Shown: positions 41,829 to 52,305 of the stretch, piece after piece
Numbering within the stretch: the first letter of the stretch is position 1
How the letters are laid out: every line of letters begins with the position of its first letter
Source of the DNA: an uncultured cyanobacterium
GTDB taxonomy: Bacteria > Cyanobacteriota > Cyanobacteriia > Cyanobacteriales > CAWCAG01
DNA: 64,000 nucleotides
Assembly (NCBI GenBank): GCA_963803805.1
Contig: CAWDOD010000009.1
Coordinates: forward strand, 160,001-224,000
Direction: 5' to 3'
Notes under the pieces: generated by a model
The model's input: the letters and a program-made list of their open reading frames with translations, nothing else
Told to the model about the DNA's origin: nothing
The model's database searches: none
Made by a program: the position numbers and the translations under genes

Positions 41829-42707
41829 TTAGTTTTGGCGGTCACTAACTTCTATATAATCATTAAAGTTTTGTTGATTGTATAGGTAAAGGTTGCGGAT
41901 TGGGTAGGGAATACTAATATCAGCTTGATCCAAAGCTTGTTTAATGGCAATCATCGCTTTAGTTTGAGTTGTTCGCACTTCTTTTTGTTGAGGAATTGTC
42001 CAGTAGCGAACGACAAAATCAATGGAACTATCTCCAAAATTGACTACATCTATTTCTGGACTAGGATCTTCTTGAACTCCTTCGACACTTTTAATTGTTG
42101 TCATTAAAATATCTGCTGCTTTGGGTAAAGGGGTATTATAATCTACACCTACTCCTAAGTCTGTACGTCGATAGTTAAAAGCTGTCCTGACTTGCACTGC
42201 ACTAGTAAAGACAGTGGAGTTAGGAAGCAGTACTTTTTCTCCTTGATAGGTGCGAATGCTAGTGGTACGAATATCAATACGTTCTACTGTCCCTTCATAA
42301 TCTTCAACGATAATCTGATCATTGATGCGGAAAGGTTCTTGTATTAGTAATAAAATTCCTGCTAAAAAGTTCTTAAAGATATCTTGAAAAGCAAAACCCA
42401 CCGCTACAGATCCAAGTCCCAAGGTAGCAATAACATCTCCTAACCTTAAGCTAGGAAAGGCAATAACGCTAGCAATTAAAATTCCTATCAGCCAAGTAGT
42501 TACATAAGCAGTCTTAGAAAGTAATAATTGCAGAGATTGACTGCGAATAGTTTTTCTGCCTACTTTGGTCGCAATTTGTTGAACAAACTCGGCCGCAAAG
42601 CGAGTTAATAAAATAATAATTAGTGCAGCAACCAAAGCCGGCAGAATTTTAACACTACTACCTACTAATTCTCGTAAACTGTCCTTGACTGTTTTAATCA
42701 ACTCCAT
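41829..42707 (-). CDS. mscS: Small-conductance mechanosensitive channel (MscS family)
   Basis: LGLGSVAVGFAFQDIFKNFLAGILLL, EGTVERIDIRTT, LPNS, FGDSSIDF, ISIPYP. Confidence 0.9.
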   Translation of the reverse strand: MELIKTVKDSLRELVGSSVKILPALVAALIIILLTRFAAEFVQQIATKVGRKTIRSQSLQLLLSKTAYVTTWLIGILIASVIAFPSLRLGDVIATLGLGSVAVGFAFQDIFKNFLAGILLLIQEPFRINDQIIVEDYEGTVERIDIRTTSIRTYQGEKVLLPNSTVFTSAVQVRTAFNYRRTDLGVGVDYNTPLPKAADILMTTIKSVEGVQEDPSPEIDVVNFGDSSIDFVVRYWTIPQQKEVRTTQTKAMIAIKQALDQADISIPYPIRNLYLYNQQNFNDYIEVSDRQN

Positions 42708-42979
42708 AAGTTAGATAAAAATAAAGCTCCTGACAATTCTACACTAAGGCGATTGTCAGGACTAATTTTTATCTTCAATTCCGGCTACTATCTTCTAAGA
42801 ATAATCCAAACGGCATGAATAATTCCTGGAACATAACCTAAGATGGTTAAAAGAATGTTAATCCAGAACTGAGGCCCAATACCTACTTGTAAAAATACTC
42901 CTAGAGGTGGCAAAAAAATTGCACAAAGAAGCCTGACTATATCCATAAAAACATCCTTTTTGATTACTACAATTTTACT

Positions 42980-44632
42980 TTATTGCCAAACAAGTACTTT
43001 AGCTTCATACTCTGGCAAATCGATTGTAATACTATTTTCGCCAACTTCAAGGTCATAATCGCCAGTCCATTCGTGCCAAGTACCATTTTCAGGGAAATGG
43101 GGAACCTCGTAGCCAGCAAGATATTTATCTGAGAAGTTAGCCACCACCACAACACGGGAACCTTCATCATTCCAACGAGTATAGGCAACTACTTTGGCCT
43201 CTACATTTTCGTGGAAGAAATCGATTTTTTCTGTGTATAAAGCGTGATTATTTTTGCGTAGGTTAACCAAACCTTTGTAGTATTCAAATAGGCTCTTATT
43301 GAGGTCGTTTTTTAGTAAATTCCAATCAATTTTAGTAGGTTCTGGATCAAGGGGATGATAGTCGCCGAATTCTTCTCCCATCCAGACTAAAGGTACACCA
43401 ACTGCTGTCATCAACAAAACTACACCCAACTTAAAGCGCTTAAAAGCAGCTTCCTCAAAAATCTCCCGGTTAGCTAACTCCACCATAATCCTTTCGTGGT
43501 CATGGTTTGTCAGATAGTTAACTACATTAGTTGAACCTAAGAAACCCTGTCGCTTGCAATCAATGACATTTTTAAGTTCTTCTAATTCAAATCTATCACC
43601 GCAAATATGGGCTTTAATGGTGTGGTAGAAGCTGTCGTGCCAGCAGCCATCCATTGGTCCGTCTACATTAGTAATGCTGGGGGTTTCAGGAATATGTTCG
43701 GCGATGTTATAAAAGGGTTTGTTCCCGGCTGTTTTCTTGCTTTCTTCAACTATCCAGTGCATGAAGTCATAGTTAGCAATTTGCCTGGCTGCGTCGTAAC
43801 GGACACCATCAATGTGGTATTCCCTAATCCAGAACCTTACAACATCACCAACAAACTGCCAAGCTGGTTTAATATCTAACTTCTCATCATAGAATTCGTA
43901 GTTAAACTCTGGTCCCCAGTTATTGTCAGGATCACGGGGTTCGTGGTGATACCAGTAATCGTGGTCAATTTGAGTTAGGGGACTAGAAGCTTCTGAATGG
44001 TTATAGATACCGTCCATAATGACGCGAATCCCTTTACCATGACACTCATCAATTAATTTCTTTAGTCCAGTAGTAGGACCATAACTAGATTCAGAGGCAA
44101 AGAAGTAACGGGGATTATAACCCCAACTATACTCCCCAGGATATTCCTTAATCGGCATCAACTCTATAGCATTGATACCAAGTTCGGTTAGGTAGTCTAG
44201 TTTTTCGATAACGTGCTTATAATTTCCTCTAGGGTTGGGGTCATCTTCCCCGCCGGAAAAGTCGCTAATATGCAGTTCATAAATAACTAATTCTTGGTCT
44301 GGTGGTAAAGGCTTGTCGTCATGTTGCCAAACATAGGTATCAACAATTCTTTCACCATCTTTAATACGGACTATGCCATTTTGAGTAGGATTATCAATAT
44401 CTATAGCGTAGGGATCTACCACTTCTATCCATTGATCAGGTTCTAAGAACCAACTTTTAGAGCGTACCCGAAATTTATATTGGTAATCACCATCTTCTAA
44501 CTCAACTTGGGTACGAAAGTAACCCTTATCATCTTTTTCCATAGGAATATCTTCCCAGTCAGAAAAAGACCCAATTAAGGCAGCTTCTTTATTGTAAGGA
44601 GCTAGAAGCTTAAACTCAATTAAGTTGGCCAT
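42980..44632 (-). CDS. GH13 alpha-amylase-family enzyme with N-terminal CBM48
   Basis: IELMPI, WGYNP, DGIYNH, DGVRYDAA (nucleophile), IAEH, TNHDH. Confidence 0.88.
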   Translation of the reverse strand: MANLIEFKLLAPYNKEAALIGSFSDWEDIPMEKDDKGYFRTQVELEDGDYQYKFRVRSKSWFLEPDQWIEVVDPYAIDIDNPTQNGIVRIKDGERIVDTYVWQHDDKPLPPDQELVIYELHISDFSGGEDDPNPRGNYKHVIEKLDYLTELGINAIELMPIKEYPGEYSWGYNPRYFFASESSYGPTTGLKKLIDECHGKGIRVIMDGIYNHSEASSPLTQIDHDYWYHHEPRDPDNNWGPEFNYEFYDEKLDIKPAWQFVGDVVRFWIREYHIDGVRYDAARQIANYDFMHWIVEESKKTAGNKPFYNIAEHIPETPSITNVDGPMDGCWHDSFYHTIKAHICGDRFELEELKNVIDCKRQGFLGSTNVVNYLTNHDHERIMVELANREIFEEAAFKRFKLGVVLLMTAVGVPLVWMGEEFGDYHPLDPEPTKIDWNLLKNDLNKSLFEYYKGLVNLRKNNHALYTEKIDFFHENVEAKVVAYTRWNDEGSRVVVVANFSDKYLAGYEVPHFPENGTWHEWTGDYDLEVGENSITIDLPEYEAKVLVWQ

Positions 44633-44904
44633 ATCTTTTAAGACCTTTTTTAAGCAAAGTTAAATGATTACTTTTTAGCATAGCTAAATTAGGCTCTTAG
44701 ACACATCTCACTTGAGAAATAAGAAATGTTTCACTTCTCAGTAAAGAGATAGAGATGCTCGTTTTTTTATACTTTATAAAGCTGACTATTTAAACTAAAT
44801 AGATAATGTTGGTGGAATTTTCTACAAACTGCCGTCTACACTTACAGCACTTAAGGCGTTTTTTTCTAGTGTGGATATGACCCTTGCTCGGAATGCATTA
44901 GAGT

Positions 44905-45031
44905 TAAGCTGTCAGGCATTTAATTTACTTATTAGGTTTGATGGGGAGATAGGGGGATAGGGAGATGGGGGGAGGGTTTTAGGGCTTCTTTCCTAGTTGA
45001 GTAATAGACAGTTTAAATGCACATCAGCTTA
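44905..45031 (+). mobile_element. MITE-like element, 127 bp
   Basis: Imperfect TIRs TAAGCTGnnnnGCATTTAA; closely similar to 54481-54583 plus a 24-nt (3 x 8-mer) internal insertion. Confidence 0.8.
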
Positions 45032-45161
45032 CACTGGGGACAGTTAGCCATATAGATTATTAGGATTCGTTATTTACTCTAGTATGACTACAAGATTTTG
45101 CCATATCTGGATGTTCCCTGGGTTTTTCGAGACTATTCAATTCTAACTATTACCCACCTTC

Positions 45162-46466
45162 CTAAACAACTTCATTTCGCTTTCTATACATAGAAAAAAT
45201 ACGATAACTATCTAAAGAAAAATCTTGATCTTCTTTAACTTTAATCAAATTATATTCAACTTCACTATCAGCGAAAATTGTGAAAATGATTTGGAAAATA
45301 TCAAAAAAATGTACTAACCACTTACAATCTTCTTCAGGGAAATCGTTGTAATATTCAATTAGTTCAGCAACTCTGGTTTCTAAGTGAGTGCGAGAATAGG
45401 GACAAAATAAAATCAGCTTCAGCATAATAATCACCAAAGATAGCCGATCTTCTTGAGACATGAGCAGAATAAATAGTTCCCCAGGATTATCTTCACTTTC
45501 TAAGGTTAAATAATCGATGACGCGATTGCAACTACGCAATATTAATGAATCATCAAGATGACAATCATCGTATTCTTCATAAAGAAAATCCAACTTTTTG
45601 GTTAACTGATTTCTTACCGCTTTGGTATTTTTTTGTTCTTCTAGAGTATATAAAAGGTAGTTAGTTAAATATGTCTTGAAACTTCTGTAACGGAGTCCTT
45701 GGATTTGCTTGTTAAAAATATTAGCTAATTTGTCATAATCGAAATTTCTTTGTTTGGCTAAGACTTTTTTAATTAGCTGTAGAGCTTCTTTACCAAGATT
45801 AGTCGGGTTTGCAACTGCATCTTCCCTGCTGAGGGCAGTCTCAGAACGAGCAGTATACATAGCTAAATCGAATTTAAACTTATTTCTTAGCTTTTGAGAT
45901 AATAATTTAGCAGCTTCTCTTTGTTCTGCGGAGTTGTTAGTGTTGAGATATTGATTAACTAGTAGGTAAGAATTATATCTTTTGCTCCAATGTTCTGTTT
46001 CTGGGGCAGCTTGACTGCTTTTGAAGATATTTATTTCCGCAAAGTATTTGCTTGCCACAAAATGTTTTAGCCAAGCATAAAGTCGGTTGGTGACTTCATG
46101 GGTTGGTTCTTGCTCAAAGTCTTCATCTAAGAAAGCTTGAACAAAGTTTTTAATAGCTTCTTTTTGTCTGTCTCTTTCCCAGTTGTTAATTAAGATGTAG
46201 CAACAGCGTTTAATTGTATTTAAAAAAGCTTCTTGATCTTTGGCAAAAATAATTTCTGCTAAGGCCGCAACGGCTTCACTATTTTCTTCTGTGGCGTGAT
46301 ATTTGAAAAATAAAAGCTGAAATTCTCTAAGTACTTCAGGCGGCTCTTTTTCGTTAACAAGAGTTAAAAAGAAGCTGTAAATATAAGCTTGAGCCAGATC
46401 AATCTTGGGCTTGAGTAATTTAGCCTTGTAACTTTTCTCTTTTTTGAGCTTCTCCATGCTTACCAT
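45162..46466 (-). CDS. Hypothetical alpha-helical protein
   Basis: 434-aa ORF with motifs RCCYILINNW, WSKRYNSYLLV, FKFDLAMYTARS; no function recognised. Confidence 0.7.
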   Translation of the reverse strand: MVSMEKLKKEKSYKAKLLKPKIDLAQAYIYSFFLTLVNEKEPPEVLREFQLLFFKYHATEENSEAVAALAEIIFAKDQEAFLNTIKRCCYILINNWERDRQKEAIKNFVQAFLDEDFEQEPTHEVTNRLYAWLKHFVASKYFAEINIFKSSQAAPETEHWSKRYNSYLLVNQYLNTNNSAEQREAAKLLSQKLRNKFKFDLAMYTARSETALSREDAVANPTNLGKEALQLIKKVLAKQRNFDYDKLANIFNKQIQGLRYRSFKTYLTNYLLYTLEEQKNTKAVRNQLTKKLDFLYEEYDDCHLDDSLILRSCNRVIDYLTLESEDNPGELFILLMSQEDRLSLVIIMLKLILFCPYSRTHLETRVAELIEYYNDFPEEDCKWLVHFFDIFQIIFTIFADSEVEYNLIKVKEDQDFSLDSYRIFSMYRKRNEVV

Positions 46467-46565
46467 ACTAGAGGAATGTCAACTTTCTTCTCAAGTTTTG
46501 ACGGTTAAAGTTATTAATTATGCTTATTGTTCAGGTTCTGGTATTTATTAGTTGTTGTAGCTATC

Positions 46566-46598
46566 AAAAAATTCTGCTCTGAAGAGCAGGATTTTTTT
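46566..46598. terminator. Intrinsic terminator downstream of M48-like gene
   Basis: aaaaaattctgctct-ga-agagcaggattttttt. Confidence 0.7.
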
Positions 46599-46788
46599 GT
46601 TAACTATTTAAAATGCTTGGTAGTTGCTGCTGAAAATCCAAAAATCTGCTGGTTTATGCTAGTCTAATCTCATCTCTTCCTAGCTTAAACATATCCTATC
46701 TTTTGTTGAAAAGGCAACTCCGAACCCCCTAGCCATTTCTTCATAAGAAATAGACTAAGAATAAGTAATTTACTTACGTAATTACTTT

Positions 46789-47754
46789 TTAAGATTTACG
46801 AGATTTAACCCTATCTATCTCAGCTTTGAGCTTCTCAATTTGATTCTGTAGCTTCGTCACTTCTGCTTCTGAGGCTTTAGCCTCTACCTCTACGCTTCCT
46901 GGGGATTTGCGACCTTGATAATTACCCTGACGAATATGATTGTATTCTTGAGATGTTGACCATTCCTGTAAGTAATGAATGCGTTCTACGGGAAAAGGAT
47001 GAGTCGTAAAAGAATTATTGCCCCCATTGTAAAGCAAAAATTTATAAATTTCTTTGAAACTATCTTGGTCTAATTCTTGATAGCTTTTCCCTTGACGAAT
47101 AAATTCAGATAAATTAATTTCCTGGGCGAATTTTGTACATCCCCCCGCTAATTTCATCATGGTTCTTAAAACCGTGGGAAGATCATCAATAAGTAATAAA
47201 GCTGCTCTGTCTGCTGAAAGTTCTGCTTTACGTCGCCATTCATAAAAAGCGTAAAGTAAGCCACTACTAAGAAGATTGCCTAAACCTAAAGTCATGTCTC
47301 CTAACATCGAAGCAGCGTTCATAGCCCAAAGAGACATTTGCCTTAAAGTAGTATGTTCACACTTAATATGTCCTAGTTCGCTAGCAATAACTGTACGAAT
47401 TTCTGATTCGTCAAGTAAGTCTAATAATCCTGTGTTCAGAATTATATGGGGTTGTTCTCTTCCTAAAGAATAACTATTAGCTTGAGCATTTTGGCTGATA
47501 AACAATAATGGTTCAGGAACCACATCTAAATCCTGAATACATTCACGAGTGATTCCATAAATAGTAGAATATTGCCTTGGCCCTGCTTGTATAGCATTAC
47601 CTAGTAAATAAACGTGCTGGGGCCGTTCGTAAAGAAACTCAACAAAGCTGCGGGAGAGAATATCAAAGCCGGGAACACGGCGCAAGGTTTGTTCTGCTTC
47701 TCGATCGAGGGGATGTATGAAGGCTTCGCTAGATATTCCAGGATAACTAGGCAT
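46789..47754 (-). CDS. M48 metallopeptidase homologue with degenerate zinc motif (SELGH) and C-terminal coiled coil
   Basis: FIHPLDREA, IASELGHIKCEH, WRRKAELSADRA, THPFPVERI. Confidence 0.85.
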   Translation of the reverse strand: MPSYPGISSEAFIHPLDREAEQTLRRVPGFDILSRSFVEFLYERPQHVYLLGNAIQAGPRQYSTIYGITRECIQDLDVVPEPLLFISQNAQANSYSLGREQPHIILNTGLLDLLDESEIRTVIASELGHIKCEHTTLRQMSLWAMNAASMLGDMTLGLGNLLSSGLLYAFYEWRRKAELSADRAALLLIDDLPTVLRTMMKLAGGCTKFAQEINLSEFIRQGKSYQELDQDSFKEIYKFLLYNGGNNSFTTHPFPVERIHYLQEWSTSQEYNHIRQGNYQGRKSPGSVEVEAKASEAEVTKLQNQIEKLKAEIDRVKSRKS

Positions 47755-47896
47755 AGGCGGAGGATTAATTAATCCTTTTGATAGGTTGATAATTATAAAG
47801 CTAATTAAACTGTTTATGTATACATCTAAAGAAGCAAATTAACCGGATTTATTCCTAATCCCTAGAGAAAAGTTATTATTTAAGGCAAAAGATAAA

Positions 47897-49030
47897 GTGA
47901 AATTAGAGGTGTTTTGGCAATATTTAACTACTCCCCAAGTTTATTACCCACAATTAGCGAAAGTTACCGGGGGGGTTGCGACAGCAGTCTTTTTAGGACA
48001 GGTTATGCAACGTCAATTTCAGCTACCGGAATCAAAAAAGGGAGTACAAATTACTACTGAAGAAATGACGACAATAACTGGGTTGAGTCTGGTTGAGCAA
48101 GATTGGTCTAGAAACCAACTTCAAGAGCGATCGCTCCTACAAATAAGAGTAATTAATCAAGAAGCTGAACTTTGGGAATTTATCATTAATTGGCAACTTT
48201 TAGAAGAGCTTTTAACTAACTCTAATACTGTAGCTTCCACTCCAACAAAATTAGTAACAAAAGTAAAAAGTGATCCCTTCTTCCCTGTACGTCGCCAACC
48301 TATTTCTGTTCAAGTTACCCCTAATTATCAATTTAGTGGCCCTTGGCAATCTCCTCAAGAATTTGAAGAGTTTCAAAAAGCTTTATTAAGCTATGCCAAA
48401 AATTTAGGTTTTTCTAACCCTTCTGGTTGGGTATTTAAAATTGTTGATAGCATCAGCAAAGGAATAATTTCCCCCTATTGGGAAGAATTTAACCAAGGCA
48501 TTCCTTTCGGTACAACTCAAAAAGTACAACAAGAGTGGGAAGTGGAACCAGGAGTTCCTTATCCAGCCCTAGAAGAAGAACGTACTCAATATTATGTTCA
48601 AAAAGGGGAACCCTTAGAAAATGCTGTAGCTAGGGCGCGTGCAGACTTAAGAAACCCTGTTTTAGCCAAGGATCTCTGGACTGGTTTTTTGCGGAAGTGC
48701 GATCGCCTCGCTGACGAAGCAATTAGAGCCAAAAAAATGGGAGTGACAACCCCCCATTTACCTTCTTCTTTTACAGCCAAAAATCAAGTAACTAAAGCAA
48801 GTGTTATCGCTAAGTTAGGGCAAATTGCCCCTCAATTTTCTTTACAACAAGAGGAACAAAACTCTCAAGCAAAGGAAGAGGAAATAGTACCTGAATCCCG
48901 CCCCAGCATTGAATCTTTAGAAGGGATGTACTACACTCCCATCGGCAAAAGCCTAGTTATTCAGCAAATCCACCAAAATCCTCACTGGGGTTACGCTATA
49001 GTCGAGGATAAAATTGTCGATTTGAGTTAA
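47897..49030 (+). CDS. Hypothetical protein with N-terminal winged-helix-like (replication-initiator-like) region
   Basis: YYPQLAKVTGGVATAVFLGQ...TTEEMTTITGLSLVEQDWSRNQL; GTG start. Confidence 0.55.
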   Translation: MKLEVFWQYLTTPQVYYPQLAKVTGGVATAVFLGQVMQRQFQLPESKKGVQITTEEMTTITGLSLVEQDWSRNQLQERSLLQIRVINQEAELWEFIINWQLLEELLTNSNTVASTPTKLVTKVKSDPFFPVRRQPISVQVTPNYQFSGPWQSPQEFEEFQKALLSYAKNLGFSNPSGWVFKIVDSISKGIISPYWEEFNQGIPFGTTQKVQQEWEVEPGVPYPALEEERTQYYVQKGEPLENAVARARADLRNPVLAKDLWTGFLRKCDRLADEAIRAKKMGVTTPHLPSSFTAKNQVTKASVIAKLGQIAPQFSLQQEEQNSQAKEEEIVPESRPSIESLEGMYYTPIGKSLVIQQIHQNPHWGYAIVEDKIVDLS

Positions 49031-49096
49031 AACTAGAGGAGTGGAGACAGTAACGGAGGTAGGGGGAGAAATTTTGAATTTTGAATTCTGACTAGC

Positions 49097-50731
49097 CTAC
49101 CAGTCTAATTCAAAACTAATTTGAGGAATCAATTGCAACATCCCTATACCTAATTCTTGGGGTGAAATTGTTTTAGCTTCAAATAAAGCTACCAGATCAG
49201 CAATTTGAGGATTGCCGCGAGAAGAGCCTGTTAGCCCTCTAGCAATCACAAAGCTACAATAGCTTTCATTATTTTGACAGTTTTTTTCCCATTGCCAAAG
49301 GTCTTTACTAAAACTGGGATCTTCGCTCACAAACTCCCCAAATAAATATAAGTTACCATTAGCTGTTTGCAACATTCCTAAATCATAATTCGTTCCTGTT
49401 GAAGGATCTTCTCCAGGGTTAAAACAAATTGCTTTCAATCCGCCATCAGCTTTAATTCGTTCCACAATAGCTTTAGCTTTAGGTAAAGAAGTTTGCACTA
49501 AAATTGCTGGTATTCCTTCCTCTAATTGAGGTGCTTCTTGGGATTGATAATACTTCTTTTCATGGCTACGCACTGCTTCTATCCATTGGGGAGAAACCAT
49601 TCCCAAACTACGCCAAGCATCTTCGGGAATTAAGTCATCTTTGAGAGGTAGAGCATCTTCTTCTGAGTCAAAGTCTTCAACCTCAGCTTCTGCCATCAAG
49701 TTCAAAAACTCAGAAGCCAACTCTGGCATAGTCGCAACTTCTACGGTAACTGTTTTTGAGGATTGACCTTGGGGCAGAGGAATACGGTAACGCTTATTAA
49801 AGGCTTCAAAATCATCACTATCTATTAGATCGTAATGTTTATTCATGAACCTTGCTAAGGCTTTTAGGGCGACATAAACTACCAAAGCTTCTTCTTCATC
49901 TAAAAAAGGTCGCATCCCTTCATAGGGGTGTATACTGCCGAAGCGAGGATGAACATCTGATGAAGGTAGTTCAACCAAATTATCTTCAGTTTCTAACTCA
50001 TCTTCAGGAAGATCAAAGTTGACAAACCAACAATCTTGGGTTAGAAAAGCCTTTTCTAAAAGCTCTAAGGATTCCTCTGCTATAACAGCAGAACGAAAGC
50101 GGCGCAGGGATTCTAAGGAACGGTAAAAAAGCACTCCGTACTCTCTTCCTAACATTCCCATCACAGAAACATAGAGAGTATCAATATCCCAGCGATTCAG
50201 CTTAATGGCAATAATATTATGATCTGCGAGTATTTCCCAAGGAGCTTCTTGCCAAATTTCATCGGCGGTTTGCCACAACAATTCCTGATACTGGTCAGGA
50301 ATTGTAGGGGGGCTGTTGTCACTGAAGGAGTCTAAACCATGGAAAAATTCATCTATAACAGGCAGTTGAGGGACATAATCAACGCTGATATCTAAACCTT
50401 GTAAAACTCCCCGTAAAAGAAATTGTATTTCGCGATCCCGCAGGATAATTTTTTGAGGACGGGCTGGTTGAGCCGGACTTTGAGGAGTTTCTATCGCTCT
50501 TAGCAAAGTCCTTACAATAGCCTCCTGTCCCATTTCTGGGGAAACCAAATCCATAGCTCTAACAATACCTTCTGAGCCATCTACCCAAATAATACATTGC
50601 TCATTACCTTGGGCTTCTGGGTCAATTTTTTTGGCTAAACTTGACAAGGGACGACAATCACCTTCCCAAACGCTATTAATTTGGGGTATTTTCTGGAGAC
50701 GACGCTTAGTCGTGGGATTTAGAGCGCTCAT
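49097..50731 (-). CDS. Conserved hypothetical protein, acidic
   Basis: 544-aa ORF: VWEGDCR, CIIWVDGSEG, SVMGMLGREYG, FGSIHPYEGMRP; no function recognised. Confidence 0.75.
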   Translation of the reverse strand: MSALNPTTKRRLQKIPQINSVWEGDCRPLSSLAKKIDPEAQGNEQCIIWVDGSEGIVRAMDLVSPEMGQEAIVRTLLRAIETPQSPAQPARPQKIILRDREIQFLLRGVLQGLDISVDYVPQLPVIDEFFHGLDSFSDNSPPTIPDQYQELLWQTADEIWQEAPWEILADHNIIAIKLNRWDIDTLYVSVMGMLGREYGVLFYRSLESLRRFRSAVIAEESLELLEKAFLTQDCWFVNFDLPEDELETEDNLVELPSSDVHPRFGSIHPYEGMRPFLDEEEALVVYVALKALARFMNKHYDLIDSDDFEAFNKRYRIPLPQGQSSKTVTVEVATMPELASEFLNLMAEAEVEDFDSEEDALPLKDDLIPEDAWRSLGMVSPQWIEAVRSHEKKYYQSQEAPQLEEGIPAILVQTSLPKAKAIVERIKADGGLKAICFNPGEDPSTGTNYDLGMLQTANGNLYLFGEFVSEDPSFSKDLWQWEKNCQNNESYCSFVIARGLTGSSRGNPQIADLVALFEAKTISPQELGIGMLQLIPQISFELDW

Positions 50732-50937
50732 AGAACCTCGTCAGTTGCTCGGAAAAAAGGTTTCCTATCAAGCCAGTTTCCTATTGGTATGTAGTTAGTA
50801 TAGGAAATAAACTAACTTTTTCCTTGGCATCTAGAAATTCCTTAGCAAAATTCCCAGTTAAAATGAAAGTATAAAATTATTGGGATACTAAAATTTAACT
50901 CGGCAGTTCAAAACAATTTAGGAGTTACTCATAACAG

Positions 50938-51294
50938 ATGACACAAGCAACTAAGCTACCTCAAAAAGGCATTCAATTATCAGAAAATGCCCTTAAGCAC
51001 GTCATGATGCTTAGAAATCAACAAGGAAAAGACCTCTGTTTGCGGGTCGGTGTACGCAATGGCGGCTGTTCGGGAATGTCCTATATGATGGACTTTGAAG
51101 AGCCTAGTAAGATCCGCGATGATGATGAAGTTTTTGATTACGATAGTTTTAAAATTATTTGTGATCCCAAAAGTCTTCTTTACCTCTATGGCTTGATGCT
51201 TGACTACAGTGATGCTCTCATTGGTGGTGGTTTCCAATTTACCAATCCTAATGCCAACCAAACCTGCGGTTGCGGTAAGTCTTTTGGGGTTTAA
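50938..51294 (+). CDS. A-type Fe-S cluster carrier (IscA/SufA/HesB family)
   Basis: GGCSGMSY and [14 protein letters not shown] with three conserved Cys; AGGAG RBS. Confidence 0.95.
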   Translation: MTQATKLPQKGIQLSENALKHVMMLRNQQGKDLCLRVGVRNGGCSGMSYMMDFEEPSKIRDDDEVFDYDSFKIICDPKSLLYLYGLMLDYSDALIGGGFQFTNPNANQTCGCGKSFGV

Positions 51295-51369
51295 AGAACT
51301 AAACTATTCTTATTCAGGAACGACCCTAGACTTTGAAGTTGGGTCGTTCTTAAACAAACAATTAACTCA

Positions 51370-52245
51370 ATGGAATTTACTAAAACCCTATTAATTGGCC
51401 TCAAAGCTGACGAATTTCGCCATCCTTTGGATTTGCAAGCAACCAGAAGCTTAAAGCAAATACCAGGTTTGGATGTCGCAGTTAGAAGTATCGTTGGTTC
51501 AGTGGCAGAACAGTTCTTTTTCTTGAACAATATTGCTTCTAGTGTCCAAGTTGGCGAAAAGCAACTGCCTCACCTTCATAAACTCCTCCTTGAAGCTTGC
51601 GAAATCCTCGATTTAGAACCGCCTCAACTGTACGTACAACAAAATCCTGCCCCTAATGCTTATACTTTGGCAATGCGAGGTAAGCAGCCTTTTATGGTGA
51701 TGCACACTTCTTTAATCGATATGCTCACCCCAGAAGAGATTCAGGCAGTAATTGCCCATGAGCTGGGGCATCTCAAGTGTGAACATGGAGTATACCTAAC
51801 TTTAGCTAATATTCTGGCCCTAGCTGCCAATTTCCTACCTGGTTGGGGAACAGTTCTTGCCCAAAATATTCAAGAACAAATGCAGGAATGGGTGCGTTGT
51901 GCAGAATTTAGTTGCGATCGCGCGGCACTTTTAGCAACTCAAGACCCTAAAGTGGTGATGTCGGTATTGATGAAGTTAGCTGGGGGTTCTCCTAAACTCG
52001 CTCCTCAACTTAACTTAGACGCTTTTATTGAGCAAGCGAGAGCCTATGATGCGGTGGGAGAAACTCAGCTTGGAGAAATGCTCAAAACTGCTCAGACAGC
52101 CCAATTAACCCACCCAGTACCTGTGATCCGTGCCAGAGAGATAGATCGTTGGGCTAGCTCTAACGAATATCAAACCTTGATGCAATTGCGCGAAAAAGAT
52201 TATAATGGTGAAGCTGGTACTCAGGGCAAGTGGCGGAATTGGTAG
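51370..52245 (+). CDS. M48 zinc metallopeptidase
   Basis: Intact HELGH, AEFSCDRA third ligand, THP; last codons overlap tRNA-Leu. Confidence 0.9.
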   Translation: MEFTKTLLIGLKADEFRHPLDLQATRSLKQIPGLDVAVRSIVGSVAEQFFFLNNIASSVQVGEKQLPHLHKLLLEACEILDLEPPQLYVQQNPAPNAYTLAMRGKQPFMVMHTSLIDMLTPEEIQAVIAHELGHLKCEHGVYLTLANILALAANFLPGWGTVLAQNIQEQMQEWVRCAEFSCDRAALLATQDPKVVMSVLMKLAGGSPKLAPQLNLDAFIEQARAYDAVGETQLGEMLKTAQTAQLTHPVPVIRAREIDRWASSNEYQTLMQLREKDYNGEAGTQGKWRNW

Positions 52246-52305
52246 ACGCACCACACTCAAAATGTGGCGGTCCCGGTCATGAGAGTTCGAGTCTCTCCTT
52301 GCCCA
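52224..52305 (+). tRNA. trnL: tRNA-Leu (CAA)
   Basis: Acceptor GGGCAAG/CTTGCCC plus discriminator A, D-arm GCGGAATTGGTAGACGC, anticodon arm CCACA-CT-CAA-AA-TGTGG, long variable arm, T-arm GAGAG-TTCGAGT-CTCTC. Confidence 0.95.

Noticed and set aside
41277-41830. Genomic island integrated at tRNA-His (or at tRNA-Leu)
   Set aside because: No integrase, no duplicated tRNA 3' end seen, and flanking genes are ordinary host genes.
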